From: a bacterium
GTDB taxonomy: Bacteria > JADJOY01
DNA: 64,000 nt
Direction of reading: 5' to 3'
NCBI GenBank assembly: GCA_046331705.1
Contig: JAXLQJ010000007.1
Span: 124,001 to 188,000 of the forward strand
Shown here: piece after piece, positions 22,512 through 32,060 of the stretch
Layout of the letters: every line of letters starts with the position of its first letter
Position numbering within the stretch: position 1 is the stretch's first letter
Translations under genes and position numbers: made by a program
Notes under the pieces: model-generated
Seen by the model: the letters and a program-made list of their open reading frames with translations, nothing else
What the model was told of the DNA's origin: nothing
The model's database searches: none

Positions 22512-23494
22512 CGACGGTCTCCGACCGAACGACCCTGCAAGCGACGGCCGGAGACCTGCCAGCCACGGATTCTCGATCGGGGGCCCGGGCGAGCGCCCTG
22601 CCCCCGATGGGCTTTCGTGGGCCCGAGGCCGAGCTGCACGCTCAGGCGGCCGCGGGCGTCGAGCGGGGACCGCTTCCGGCGCACGCCGAAGGCCCCGTCG
22701 ACGTCAGCATCAGCGTCGTCACCTACAACACCGCGGCGCGTCTGCTGCAGTGTCTCGAGTCCATCCAGGCGACGGCCGGCGATCTGCGCTACGAGGTCTT
22801 CGTCGTCGACAACGCGTCGAGCGACGACACCGACATCCAGATCTACCGCAGCTTCCCGAACGTTCGGCTCATCCTGAACGAACGGAACGTGGGATTCGCC
22901 CGCGCCAACAACCAGGCGATCCTGCTCTCGCGCGGTCGCTACGTGTTCGTGACCAATCCGGACATCGTCGTTCGCCCCGATGCGCTGCAGCGCATGATCG
23001 AGTACCTCGACACGCATTCCGACGTCGGGGTCGCCGCGTGCCGCCTGGAATATCCCGACGGCTCCCTCCAGCTCTCCTGCCGGTCGTTCCCCACCGTCGC
23101 CTCGTTCCTGCTGCGCGGGTTGCCGCTGCCCGAGCGCTGGAAGTCGGAGAGCCGCGTGATGCGCCGCTACCTGATGTCCGACTGGGACCACCGGACGCGC
23201 CGCGAGGTCGACTGGTGCTTGGGAAGCTGCCTCCTGGTGCGTCGCGAGACGATCGAGGCGGTGGGCGGCATGGACAGTCGCTTCTTCCTCTATTACGAGG
23301 ACATCGACTGGTGCTACCGCATTCGTCGCGCGGGCTGGAAGATCGCCTACCTGCCGGAAGTGAGCATGATCCACTTCTACCGGCGGGCGAGCGCGAGCCG
23401 CGTGCCGAATCGCCTGACCTTCCACCACTTCTTGAGCGCCTTCATGTTCTTCGCGAAGTTCCTGCCCGAGCGCGGCTTGCGCACGTTCTGGTGA
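22508..23494 (+). CDS. GT2 glycosyltransferase (WbbL/rhamnosyltransferase-like)
   Basis: ISVVTYN, VVDNASSD, GFARANN, NPD, FFLYYEDIDWC; GTGA overlap with upstream rSAM. Confidence 0.88.
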   Translation: MTTVSDRTTLQATAGDLPATDSRSGARASALPPMGFRGPEAELHAQAAAGVERGPLPAHAEGPVDVSISVVTYNTAARLLQCLESIQATAGDLRYEVFVVDNASSDDTDIQIYRSFPNVRLILNERNVGFARANNQAILLSRGRYVFVTNPDIVVRPDALQRMIEYLDTHSDVGVAACRLEYPDGSLQLSCRSFPTVASFLLRGLPLPERWKSESRVMRRYLMSDWDHRTRREVDWCLGSCLLVRRETIEAVGGMDSRFFLYYEDIDWCYRIRRAGWKIAYLPEVSMIHFYRRASASRVPNRLTFHHFLSAFMFFAKFLPERGLRTFW

Positions 23495-23501
23495 GCGTTC
23501 G

Positions 23502-24701
23502 ATGTTGCCGCGCAGCCTCGCCAACGTGACCCCGGCACGGGACCTCGACGTGCTGATGGATCTCACGCCGCGCTGCAACATCTACTGCACGATGTGCCTG
23601 CTGCCGCTGGAGGAGGAGCACTCGAAGGGCGCCGAGATGCCGGAGCCCGTCTTCCAGCGGATCGCGGACGAGGTCTTCCCGCGCGCCAAGAGCGTCTCGC
23701 TCTCGTGCGGCGCCGAGCCGTTCATGTCGAAGCGCTTCCTGCCGGCGCTCGAGATGGCGGCCGCGCGCGGCGTGCCGCACATCAAGTTCGTCACCAACGG
23801 CCTGCTCATGACGGACGAGGCGATCCAGACCATCGTCGACCTGGGGATCAACCGGGTGATGGTTTCGCTCGACGGCGCCACCGCCGCCACCTACGAGTCG
23901 ATCCGCGTGGGTGGCAAGTTCGACCGCTTGGTGGATCGATTGCTCGCGCTCAGGCGCATCAAGGAAGAGCGGCGATCGATCACCCCCGTGCTCAAGTTCT
24001 CGTGGGTGCTGATGCGCTCGAACCTGCACGAGGTGCTCGACCTGGTCGAGCTCGCCCGGTACGTGGGCGCCGAGGAGATCTACCTTCGGCATCTCGTGCC
24101 CTTCGCGGAGCTCGACGTCTCGCGCGAGCTGCTCTTCGACACCCCCCACGAGGTGAACGAGGTGCTCGACGAGGCGTGGAGGCGCACCCGACGCTACGGC
24201 ATCCGCATGACGACCTTGCCGAAGCTTCCGCCCGGGCTTCCCACGCCCTTCCAGTCGCTCACGCTCGTCTACGAGCACGCCCGCGAGATCGCCCGCGACG
24301 AGGGCATGGGCGGCGTCCTCGCCACCGTGCTGCGCAAGTGGCGGCTGCGCGCCAAGGCCTGCGACCAACCGTGGTTCTCGGTCTACATCCGTCCCGATGG
24401 CGCGGTGAACCCCTGCGGTGCGTGGTTCAAGGAAGCGCCGCTCGGCGAGCTCGCCAGCCAGCACCTCGACGAGATCTACGCCGGTGACGACGCCCGCCGC
24501 CTGCGAGCCGAGCTCACGGGACTGGCGCCGCTGCGCTCCGCGTGCGCGCAATGCCCGAACGTGGTGTCGGGTCGAGTGAGCGCGCACGCATTCGAGCCGC
24601 GTTCGGCCTGGGCCTCGGGGCGGCCGAGCGAGTGGAAGCCGCGCCGGCCCAAGATCCTGGAGCGGGCCCGGCGCGACACGCGATCCTCGAGCGCGGTGTG
24701 A
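23502..24701 (+). CDS. radical SAM protein with SPASM/Twitch domain
   Basis: RCNIYCTMC, GAEP, TNG, VSLDG; C-terminal CDQPW..YIRPDGAVNPC...CAQC. Confidence 0.9.
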   Translation: MLPRSLANVTPARDLDVLMDLTPRCNIYCTMCLLPLEEEHSKGAEMPEPVFQRIADEVFPRAKSVSLSCGAEPFMSKRFLPALEMAAARGVPHIKFVTNGLLMTDEAIQTIVDLGINRVMVSLDGATAATYESIRVGGKFDRLVDRLLALRRIKEERRSITPVLKFSWVLMRSNLHEVLDLVELARYVGAEEIYLRHLVPFAELDVSRELLFDTPHEVNEVLDEAWRRTRRYGIRMTTLPKLPPGLPTPFQSLTLVYEHAREIARDEGMGGVLATVLRKWRLRAKACDQPWFSVYIRPDGAVNPCGAWFKEAPLGELASQHLDEIYAGDDARRLRAELTGLAPLRSACAQCPNVVSGRVSAHAFEPRSAWASGRPSEWKPRRPKILERARRDTRSSSAV

Positions 24702-25684
24702 GCGTCGAGGTCGCACGGGCGCCCGCCAACGCGTCGGAACCCGACCTCAGCATCTGCATCGTCTCCTACCGCTGCCGCGACTCGCTGCTCGCGTGTCTCG
24801 CGGCCTACGGCGCGGGACGGAGCGAGCTGCGCGCGGAGACGCTCGTCGTCGACAACGGCTCCGGCGACGGCACCGTGGAAGCCGTGCGCGCGCGCTTCCC
24901 CGACGTCGACGTCACGGCCTTCGACACCAACCGGGGTTTCGCGTTCGCCGCGAATCGCGCCCTGGCCCGCGCTCGCGGCCGATTCGTGCTGCTGCTCAAC
25001 CCGGACGTCCGTGTCAGCGCCGAGACCCTCGCCGCAGCCGCTGCGGCGCTCGACGAGCACCCGGCGTGGGGGGTGCTCGGCATCCGGCTGCGCTACCCGG
25101 ACGGCCAGGTGCAGGGAACGTGCGGGCACTTTCCCGACACCTTCGCCGTGCTCGCGCGAAGCCTCGGCATCCAGAACCTGCTGCTTCGCTGCACGGCCTT
25201 CGCCGCGCGCGAGAACCTCGCCTACTTCTGCTTTCCGAGCGACGTCCACGAGGTGGACGGCATGCTGGGCGCGTTCCTGCTCGTCCGCCGCGAGGTCCTG
25301 GCGCGCGTCGGGCTCCTCGACGAAGGGTACTTCCTCTACGGCGAGGACATCGACTGGTGCCGACGCGCGCGCGGCCTGGGAGTCCGCATCGTGCACCATC
25401 CCGGCCTCGAGGCCGTGCACGCCCAGGGTACGAGCGCCGCGCGGGTGCCGCTGCGATCGCTCCGTCACTTCCACGCGTCGGCCGTCCGCTACCACCGCCT
25501 CCACGAGCGCTCCACGCTGCCGCGCTGGGTGCGCCCCATCGCGCGCGCCTCGCTCTCGGTGCGCTATGCGCTGGCGCTCGTGAAGCACGCGCTCGGCTGG
25601 CGGCCCGCGCATCGCGTCTACCTCGAGCTGCGTCCCGCGCGGGCAGCGGGCCACCATCGTGCGATTTCGGGCGATTCGCGCTGA
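24698..25684 (+). CDS. GT2 glycosyltransferase (paralog of 22508..23494)
   Basis: ICIVSY, VVDNGSGD, NRGFA, LLLNPD, YFLYGEDIDWC; GTGA overlap. Confidence 0.88.
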   Translation: MSVEVARAPANASEPDLSICIVSYRCRDSLLACLAAYGAGRSELRAETLVVDNGSGDGTVEAVRARFPDVDVTAFDTNRGFAFAANRALARARGRFVLLLNPDVRVSAETLAAAAAALDEHPAWGVLGIRLRYPDGQVQGTCGHFPDTFAVLARSLGIQNLLLRCTAFAARENLAYFCFPSDVHEVDGMLGAFLLVRREVLARVGLLDEGYFLYGEDIDWCRRARGLGVRIVHHPGLEAVHAQGTSAARVPLRSLRHFHASAVRYHRLHERSTLPRWVRPIARASLSVRYALALVKHALGWRPAHRVYLELRPARAAGHHRAISGDSR

Positions 25685-25689
25685 AGGGT

Positions 25690-25695
25690 TATAAT
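25690..25695 (+). promoter_or_regulatory. consensus -10 box (internal promoter) before second B12 radical SAM
   Basis: TATAAT within AT-rich GGTTATAATTTTT in a 44-bp gap; no good -35. Confidence 0.45.
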
Positions 25696-25728
25696 TTTTC
25701 GCGATCGCCTTCCACGCATCGAGCGGCC

Positions 25729-27162
25729 GTGACGAACATCCTCTTCATCAAGCCGTCGGGGCTCGACAAGACCACCCCCGAGACCTTGCATCCGCTCGGG
25801 CTGATGTCGCTCGCCGCGTACTTGCGGCACGTGGGGCGCCGCGACGAGCTGCAGATCCTCGACACCCGCATCCACCTCGACGACACCGTCGAGCGCAATC
25901 TGGATCGCGCCGTGTTCGTGCCCGACATCGTCGGGTTGAGCGCGCTCACCATCGAAGCACGCTCGATGTCCACGTACGCGCGGGCGGCCCGTGCGCGCTG
26001 GCCACACGCGACGATCGTGTGCGGCGGCCCGCACGCATCGAGCTACCCCCACGAGCTGGTGCGCGAGACGGACGTGGACGTGGCCGTCCAGGGTGAAGGC
26101 GAGATCACGTTCGCGGATCTGGTCCAGAGCCTCGAGCTCGGCCGGCCGCTCGACGACGTCAAGGGGATCACGTTCCTGCGCGACGGTGTCTCGATCGAGA
26201 CGCCGCCACGCGACTTCATCCAGGACCTCGATGCCCTGCCGTGGCCCGCCTGGGACCTCGTCGACATCGAGGCCTATGCCTCGATGCGCTGCATGTCGAC
26301 GCTGCCGATGCGCCGCTACATGACGATCTTCACCTCCAGAGCGTGCCCGTACCGCTGCAATTACTGCCACGACGTCTTCGGCAAGGTCTTTCGGGCGCGC
26401 TCGCCCGAGAACGTCGTCGCCGAGATCGAGGAGATCGGCCGACGCTACGGCATCACCGAGTTCGAGTGCGTCGACGACATCTTCAACATCGACAACCGGC
26501 GCGCCGAACGCATCTGCGACGAAATCATCGCGCGTGGGCTCGAGATCGGAATCACGTTTCCCAACGGGCTGCGCGCCGACCGCTTGCCGCGGCCGCTCCT
26601 CGAGAAGCTACGCCGCGCCGGCACCCGCTCGATCAGCTTCGCCGTCGAGACCGCATCCGAACGGCTGCAGCGCGCCACCCAGAAGAAGATGAACCTCGAG
26701 CGGCTGGCGCAGGCGGTACGCGACGCCAACGATCTCGGCATCCTCTGCACCGGCTTCTTCATGCTCGGCTTTCCTGGCGAGACCCGCGAGGAGCTCGATC
26801 GCACCGTCGACTTCGCCCTCTCCATACCGCTGCACACGGCGCATTTCTTCATCGTCACCCCGTTCCAGGGGACCGCTCTCGCCGCCGAGTATCCCGAGAC
26901 CGTGCGACGGCACGCAGCGAGCCTCGACGGTTACAACTACGTGCGCGGCAACACGAACCTGAGCGCCGTCTCGGATCGCGAGCTCTTCCGCACCCAGCGC
27001 CTCGCCTGGCTGCGCTTCTACCTGCGCCCTTCGCGGATCCTCCAGATCTTGCGTCATTACCCGCAGAAGCGCGACCTGATGGCGAAGGCGGCGCGGCTGC
27101 TCACCTACAAGATCATCCGCAATCGGCGCGACGACCGCCTGCCGGCCCTCGCTCCCACCTGA
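25729..27162 (+). CDS. cobalamin-binding radical SAM enzyme
   Basis: HPLGLMSLAAYLR, PDIVGLS, GGPHAS, GEGE, TSRACPYRCNYC, FMLGFPGET; GTG start 25729. Confidence 0.9.
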   Translation: MTNILFIKPSGLDKTTPETLHPLGLMSLAAYLRHVGRRDELQILDTRIHLDDTVERNLDRAVFVPDIVGLSALTIEARSMSTYARAARARWPHATIVCGGPHASSYPHELVRETDVDVAVQGEGEITFADLVQSLELGRPLDDVKGITFLRDGVSIETPPRDFIQDLDALPWPAWDLVDIEAYASMRCMSTLPMRRYMTIFTSRACPYRCNYCHDVFGKVFRARSPENVVAEIEEIGRRYGITEFECVDDIFNIDNRRAERICDEIIARGLEIGITFPNGLRADRLPRPLLEKLRRAGTRSISFAVETASERLQRATQKKMNLERLAQAVRDANDLGILCTGFFMLGFPGETREELDRTVDFALSIPLHTAHFFIVTPFQGTALAAEYPETVRRHAASLDGYNYVRGNTNLSAVSDRELFRTQRLAWLRFYLRPSRILQILRHYPQKRDLMAKAARLLTYKIIRNRRDDRLPALAPT

Positions 27163-27257
27163 AGCGGGCGATCCTCGCACCGCCGCACGACGGCTGTGCG
27201 CGCGCGTGATTCGTGCTAGCTCCTGGGGCCTCGACCACATCGGGAGACCTGCACCAC

Positions 27258-28451
27258 GTGAACGGGAACGCGCGCGCCATCGGCTTGATCGCCGGCCAGG
27301 ACATCGTGCTCCTCGGCGGTGGCGACTGGGACCTCTGCCCGCGCGAGCCGGACCTGCTCACCGTCCTCGCTCCCCACGGCAACCGCGTGCTCTTCCTGGA
27401 GTCGGCCGGCATGCGGCGGCCCGACTTCCACGTCCAGGACCTGCGCCGCATCGTGGCGCGGCTGGGACGCGCCCGCGAGGGCATGAAGGATCGCGGCCCC
27501 GGCATCCACGTGATCTCGCCACTCACCATCCCCCTGCCCGATCTCGCGCTGGCGCGCGCGGTGAACGTGTGGATTCAACGATGGGCGCTGCACCGCGCGA
27601 TGCGTCGCCTGGCGTTTCGCGACCCCATCCTGTGGGTCACGAGCCCACTGTTCGAGCCATTGATCGAGCGCATTCCCGCGAAGCTCGTGATCTACGATTG
27701 CTTCGACGAGTGGACCGCGTTCCCGGGCGTGGACGCGGCGCTCTTTGGCCGGCTCGAGGCGCGCGCCATTCGCCGCTCGGATCTGGTGCTCGCCGCGAGT
27801 CAGCAGCTGGTGGAAGCGAAACGGGGCCTGCGCCCCGACGTCCGCCTGCTGCGCAACGGCGTTCACGTCGAGCGCTTCCAGGGCAGCGAGCCGCCCGAGC
27901 CGGCGGATCTCGCCGGCATCCCTCGTCCTCGGATCGGCTACGTGGGAAACATCTACGGCCGCCTGGATCTCGCGGGCCTGGAAGCGCTGGCCCGCGCGCG
28001 CCCCGATTGGAGCTTGGTCTTGGTCGGACTCGTCCGCACGCCGATCGATTCGCTGGCAGCCCTTCCCAACGTCCACGTCCTCGGGCACCGGCCCAAGGCG
28101 CTGGTGAGCGACTACTTGCGGCACCTCGATGTCGGCGTGGTCGCTCACGTGCCGAGCGCCCTCGCCGATCGGCAGGACCCGACGAAGATCTACGAATACC
28201 TCGCCGCGGGCTTGCCCGTCGTGACCACGGATCTGCCGGCGATCGAGCCATTCGGGCCTTGGGTGCGACGCGTGCCGTTCGGAGGTGACTGGGCGGCGGC
28301 GATCGCCGCGGAGCTCGCCGCCGACGCTCCCGACGCGCGCCGCGCGCGGCGTGAGGAGGCGAGCCGCCATTCGTGGGAGGCCCGTGCTCGCGACCTCTCG
28401 GGCTGGATCGAGGAGGCGCTCGCAGCCAAGCGTCGAGCGCCACACGCATGA
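27258..28451 (+). CDS. GT4 (GT-B) glycosyltransferase, TuaH-like
   Basis: IYDCFDEW, LRNGV, RIGYVGNI, PTKIYEYLAAGLPVV, HSWEAR; start could be 27213. Confidence 0.85.
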   Translation: MNGNARAIGLIAGQDIVLLGGGDWDLCPREPDLLTVLAPHGNRVLFLESAGMRRPDFHVQDLRRIVARLGRAREGMKDRGPGIHVISPLTIPLPDLALARAVNVWIQRWALHRAMRRLAFRDPILWVTSPLFEPLIERIPAKLVIYDCFDEWTAFPGVDAALFGRLEARAIRRSDLVLAASQQLVEAKRGLRPDVRLLRNGVHVERFQGSEPPEPADLAGIPRPRIGYVGNIYGRLDLAGLEALARARPDWSLVLVGLVRTPIDSLAALPNVHVLGHRPKALVSDYLRHLDVGVVAHVPSALADRQDPTKIYEYLAAGLPVVTTDLPAIEPFGPWVRRVPFGGDWAAAIAAELAADAPDARRARREEASRHSWEARARDLSGWIEEALAAKRRAPHA

Positions 28452-30070
28452 CGCGGCGCGACCCGACACCGTGGCTGCTCGGCGCGTTGGCGATCGCCAC
28501 GCGTGTGCCGTTCGTTCCAGCGAGCCTCTACGACTTCGACGCGGCCGCCTTCGCCGAGGCCATCGCCTCGTTCGAGCCGCTGCGGTTCCATCCGCATCCG
28601 CCTGGCTACACGTTCTACGTGCTCGCGGCGAAGGCGTTCCACGCCTTGGGCCTCGACCCGCCGGCCGCGCTCGCGGCGGTCTCGATCCTGGCGAGCGCGG
28701 CGACCGTCGTCGCGCTCTACCTCTTCGGCCGCGCGCTCGCCGATCGCCGCGCGGGGACCGTCGCCGCTTCGCTCTATCTCGCCTCGCCGCTGGCCTGGAC
28801 GTACGGCGCCGTCCAGGGCACCTACGGCGTCGGCGCCGCGTGCGCGACGGCGATCGCCTTCGGGGCGTGGCGGCGGCTCGAGGGGACCGGACCGAGCGCG
28901 GCGACGTTGGCGCTCGCTGCGGGACTCGCCGCCGGCTTTCGCCCCGATACCGCGATCGTGCTGGCGCCGCTGCTGCTGGTGGCCGTCGTGCTCTCGCCCC
29001 AAGCGCGGGGCACGCGCGAGCGCCTCCGCGCGCTGGCGCAGGCCGTCGTCGCCGGCACGCTGGGCCTGGCGCTCTGGATCGCGCCCGCCGCGTCGGCGTC
29101 CGGAAGCTGGTCGGGTTACCGCACGGCGGTGGCGCGACAGTGGCAGGTGGTCGCGTTCTCGAACGCCCAGGATCAGTTCACCGCCGCGCTCTTTCGCGTC
29201 GTGAACCTCGTGAAGCTGGTGGTCTACGGCGGCTTCGCGCTGGGTCCGGTGGCGGCGCTGCTCTTCCTGGTGTGCGCGCGTCGCAGCTGGGGATCGCTCG
29301 CGGTCTCGCCCGCAGCGAAGACCACGCTCTACGTGTGGCTGGGCGGCTACCTGGCGCTCGCCGGCGGCGTCGCCTTCGGCCAGCCCGGCATGCTCCTCAC
29401 GGCCCTTCCCGCCGCCTGTCTCGTCATCGGGGTCGGCCTCACCCGAGCCGCCCCCATCGACGCGGGCGCGGCGGGCTTGCGCTGGGCGATCGCCGGGATT
29501 GTGCTGTCCGCCGTGACCTTCCTGACCGCGCCCGGTGTCGGGCCTCGAGCCTTCTTCGATGCGAGCGCATCCCTGCCCGCCAAGGTCTCGACGGAGCTCG
29601 AGCTTTTCACCGCTCCGGGCATCCGGCTCGTGGACGAGCAACTCGGCGGCGCGATCGCCCGAATCCGCGAACGTTACGCGCCCGACGAGAGCGTGATCCT
29701 CACCAACGTCGCGAGCTTCACGCGCGCCGCGTGGGCGCTGCCCGAGTATCGGGTGGCGTGCTACTTCGCGTTCGCGGGCTTCGAGTCGCGACTTCCGTCC
29801 CGGGACATCGGCGAGCCGCGCGGGACCTGGGCGCTTCCGGGCGGGACGCGCTGGCTGCTCGTGCTCGACGCGGATCGGCACGCGCTCGCCGTCCACGATC
29901 AGATCGCCGAGCGGTTCGCGACGGGACACGAGGAAGGCGCAGCGCCGGACGCCGACCGCGCGAGCGTGCTCACGGCGATTCCCGTCGCAGACGTGTCGGA
30001 GCTGCGCTTCCGAGCGGGACGAATCGAATTGGTAGGTCGCGACGGATCCACCGCGGGGTGGGGCCGATGA
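28448..30070 (+). CDS. polytopic GT-C-type membrane glycosyltransferase (DUF2723/TMEM260-like)
   Basis: First TM followed by YDFD...HPHPPGY motif, about 10 hydrophobic segments, GFRP; ATGA overlaps on both sides. Confidence 0.6.
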   Translation: MTRRDPTPWLLGALAIATRVPFVPASLYDFDAAAFAEAIASFEPLRFHPHPPGYTFYVLAAKAFHALGLDPPAALAAVSILASAATVVALYLFGRALADRRAGTVAASLYLASPLAWTYGAVQGTYGVGAACATAIAFGAWRRLEGTGPSAATLALAAGLAAGFRPDTAIVLAPLLLVAVVLSPQARGTRERLRALAQAVVAGTLGLALWIAPAASASGSWSGYRTAVARQWQVVAFSNAQDQFTAALFRVVNLVKLVVYGGFALGPVAALLFLVCARRSWGSLAVSPAAKTTLYVWLGGYLALAGGVAFGQPGMLLTALPAACLVIGVGLTRAAPIDAGAAGLRWAIAGIVLSAVTFLTAPGVGPRAFFDASASLPAKVSTELELFTAPGIRLVDEQLGGAIARIRERYAPDESVILTNVASFTRAAWALPEYRVACYFAFAGFESRLPSRDIGEPRGTWALPGGTRWLLVLDADRHALAVHDQIAERFATGHEEGAAPDADRASVLTAIPVADVSELRFRAGRIELVGRDGSTAGWGR

Positions 30071-31050
30071 GCGTGCGTCGCGCCGCGTGGCGCCGCGCGC
30101 TGGCGAGCGTCGGGTGCATCGCCGCCCTCGCCGCCCTCGCGAGCTGCTCCACCCACGCAACGCCGCCCGACGCCAACGACGAGCTGGCGCGCGCGATGCG
30201 AGCGCTCTGGAACTTCTCCGATCCCGTCGCGAGCGAACGCGCGTTCCGCGAACGCGCCGCCAGCGCCGTCGATCCCGACAAGGCCGAGCTCGAGACGCAG
30301 GCGCTGCGAGCGCTCGCGCTTCAAGGAAAGACGCGGGAGGCGCTCTTGGCCCTGGATGCCCTCGAGCCGCGCACCCGCGCGCTGCCCGCACGGGTGGGAG
30401 TGCGCGTCACGCTGGAGCGCGGGCGCTGTCTCAACTCGAGTGGCGACCCCGCCGGCGCGCGGCCGCTCTTCGTCGCAGCGTGGGAGCGCGCCCGGGCCGC
30501 GGGGCTCGACGATCTCGCCGTCGATGCCGCGCACATGGTCGCCATCACCGAGATCGGGACGGCCGCCGTCGAATGGAACCTGCGCGCGCTGGCACTCGCC
30601 GATTCCTCGCCGAGCGATCAAGCGCGGCGGTGGCGGACCGCTCTCTTCAACAATCTTGCCTGGGCCCATCACGACCTCGGCGAATACGATCGGGCGCTCA
30701 CGTACTTCGAGAAAGCGCGGGACGAGTCCCGCTCGGGCAGTGACCTGGAGACGCAGCGCATCGCCGTGTGGTCGGTCGCCCGCGCGCTGCGCTCGCTTCA
30801 CCGCCACGACGAAGCGCTCGCGATCCAGGAGCGGCTCGAAGCCGAGCTCGCGGCGGCGGATCAGGTCGACGGTTACGTGCTCGAGGAGATCGCCGAGAAT
30901 CTCGAGGCGCTGGGCCGCTACCGCGAGGCGGCCCCCTACTTTCGCCGCGCCCACGTCGAGCTGACGAAGGACGAGACCCTCGCTCGAACCGAGCCCGACC
31001 GCCTCGAGAGGCTGCAGCGCCTGGGCGGTGAACCGGAGGCCAGACCGTGA
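30067..31050 (+). CDS. TPR-repeat lipoprotein
   Basis: Basic N-terminus, hydrophobic core, lipobox LASC; helical repeats such as LFNNLAWAHHDLGEYDRALTYFEKA. Confidence 0.8.
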   Translation: MSVRRAAWRRALASVGCIAALAALASCSTHATPPDANDELARAMRALWNFSDPVASERAFRERAASAVDPDKAELETQALRALALQGKTREALLALDALEPRTRALPARVGVRVTLERGRCLNSSGDPAGARPLFVAAWERARAAGLDDLAVDAAHMVAITEIGTAAVEWNLRALALADSSPSDQARRWRTALFNNLAWAHHDLGEYDRALTYFEKARDESRSGSDLETQRIAVWSVARALRSLHRHDEALAIQERLEAELAAADQVDGYVLEEIAENLEALGRYREAAPYFRRAHVELTKDETLARTEPDRLERLQRLGGEPEARP

Positions 31051-32060
31051 CGAAGCCTCGCTCCCGCCTCCGCTCGACCGCCTCCGGCCACGCCAGCCTG
31101 GAGCCGCGGGTCTCGGTGGTCGTGCCCATCCTCGACGAGCGGGCGACGCTCGCACGCCTCGTCACGGCGATCCGAGATGCCCTCGTGACCCGCGGCGCCT
31201 TCGAGATCGTGCTCGTCGACGACGGCTCGACGGACGGTAGCCGCGAGGAGATCGCGGCGCTGGCCGCCGCCGACGAGCGCGTCGTGGGCGTGCTGCTGCG
31301 CGGCAACTTCGGTCAGCACGCGGCGCTCGCCGCCGGCCTCGAGGCGGCTCGCGGTCGCGCCGTGGCGATTCTCGACGCGGATCTGCAAAACGATCCGCGG
31401 GACCTGCCGGCGCTGCTCGACGAGCTCGAGCGCGGACACGATCTCGTGAGCGGCCGCCGCACCGAGCGCGCCGACTCGTTGGGCCGTCGGCTCGCGAGCG
31501 GCATCGTCCGCCATCTGGTTCAGCGCGCCACGGGTGTGCGCCTCGAGGACCCCAACTCGGGCATCAAGGCGCTCTCGCGCGAGCTCGTCGATGCCGTGAA
31601 CGCGGAGGGGGATCGCCGCCGGTATCTGGCGGCGCTCTTCCTCACGCTGTCGCGGAACCCGATCGAGGTTCCGGTGCGCCACCATCCACGAGCGCGCGGC
31701 GAATCGCGCTACGGGCTCGTCCGAATCACGGGGTTGCTCTTCGACTTCGCGATCGCCTTCCTGCGGCCGTTCCGGTGGGTGAGCGGCACGGGCCTCGGGC
31801 TCTTCACCCTGGGTGCCGTCGGCAGCGTGGGCTACGCGGCCGCGCGTTTCACCGTGCTGGACCACGGCATGCCACGGCTCATCTTGTTCCTGATCCTCTG
31901 CCTGTCCGGCGGACTGCAGCTCTTGATCCTGGGCTTCGTGGGCGAGTTCGTGGTGCGGACGTATCACCTCGTTCAGGGGCGGCCGCTCTATCGCGTCGAC
32001 CGTGTCGTGCGCACCTCGTCGTCGGCCTCGCCGGCCGCGGCTCATGCGCCAGGATCCTGA
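31047..32060 (+). CDS. ArnC/GtrB-like undecaprenyl-phosphate glycosyltransferase (GT2 + 2 C-terminal TM)
   Basis: SVVVPILDE, VDDGSTD, NFGQHAA, LDADLQNDP, GEFVVR..GRPLY. Confidence 0.88.
   Translation: MTKPRSRLRSTASGHASLEPRVSVVVPILDERATLARLVTAIRDALVTRGAFEIVLVDDGSTDGSREEIAALAAADERVVGVLLRGNFGQHAALAAGLEAARGRAVAILDADLQNDPRDLPALLDELERGHDLVSGRRTERADSLGRRLASGIVRHLVQRATGVRLEDPNSGIKALSRELVDAVNAEGDRRRYLAALFLTLSRNPIEVPVRHHPRARGESRYGLVRITGLLFDFAIAFLRPFRWVSGTGLGLFTLGAVGSVGYAAARFTVLDHGMPRLILFLILCLSGGLQLLILGFVGEFVVRTYHLVQGRPLYRVDRVVRTSSSASPAAAHAPGS

Noticed and set aside
23502-24701. RiPP maturase role for the SPASM/Twitch radical SAMs (also 45089..47205)
   Set aside because: No adjacent precursor peptide, PqqD/RRE domain, peptidase or exporter; neighbours are sugar enzymes
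20937-32060. Hopanoid (hpn) biosynthesis cluster
   Set aside because: No squalene-hopene cyclase, HpnCDE, HpnG or HpnN in the window; cannot be supported here, although a lipid substrate is not excluded
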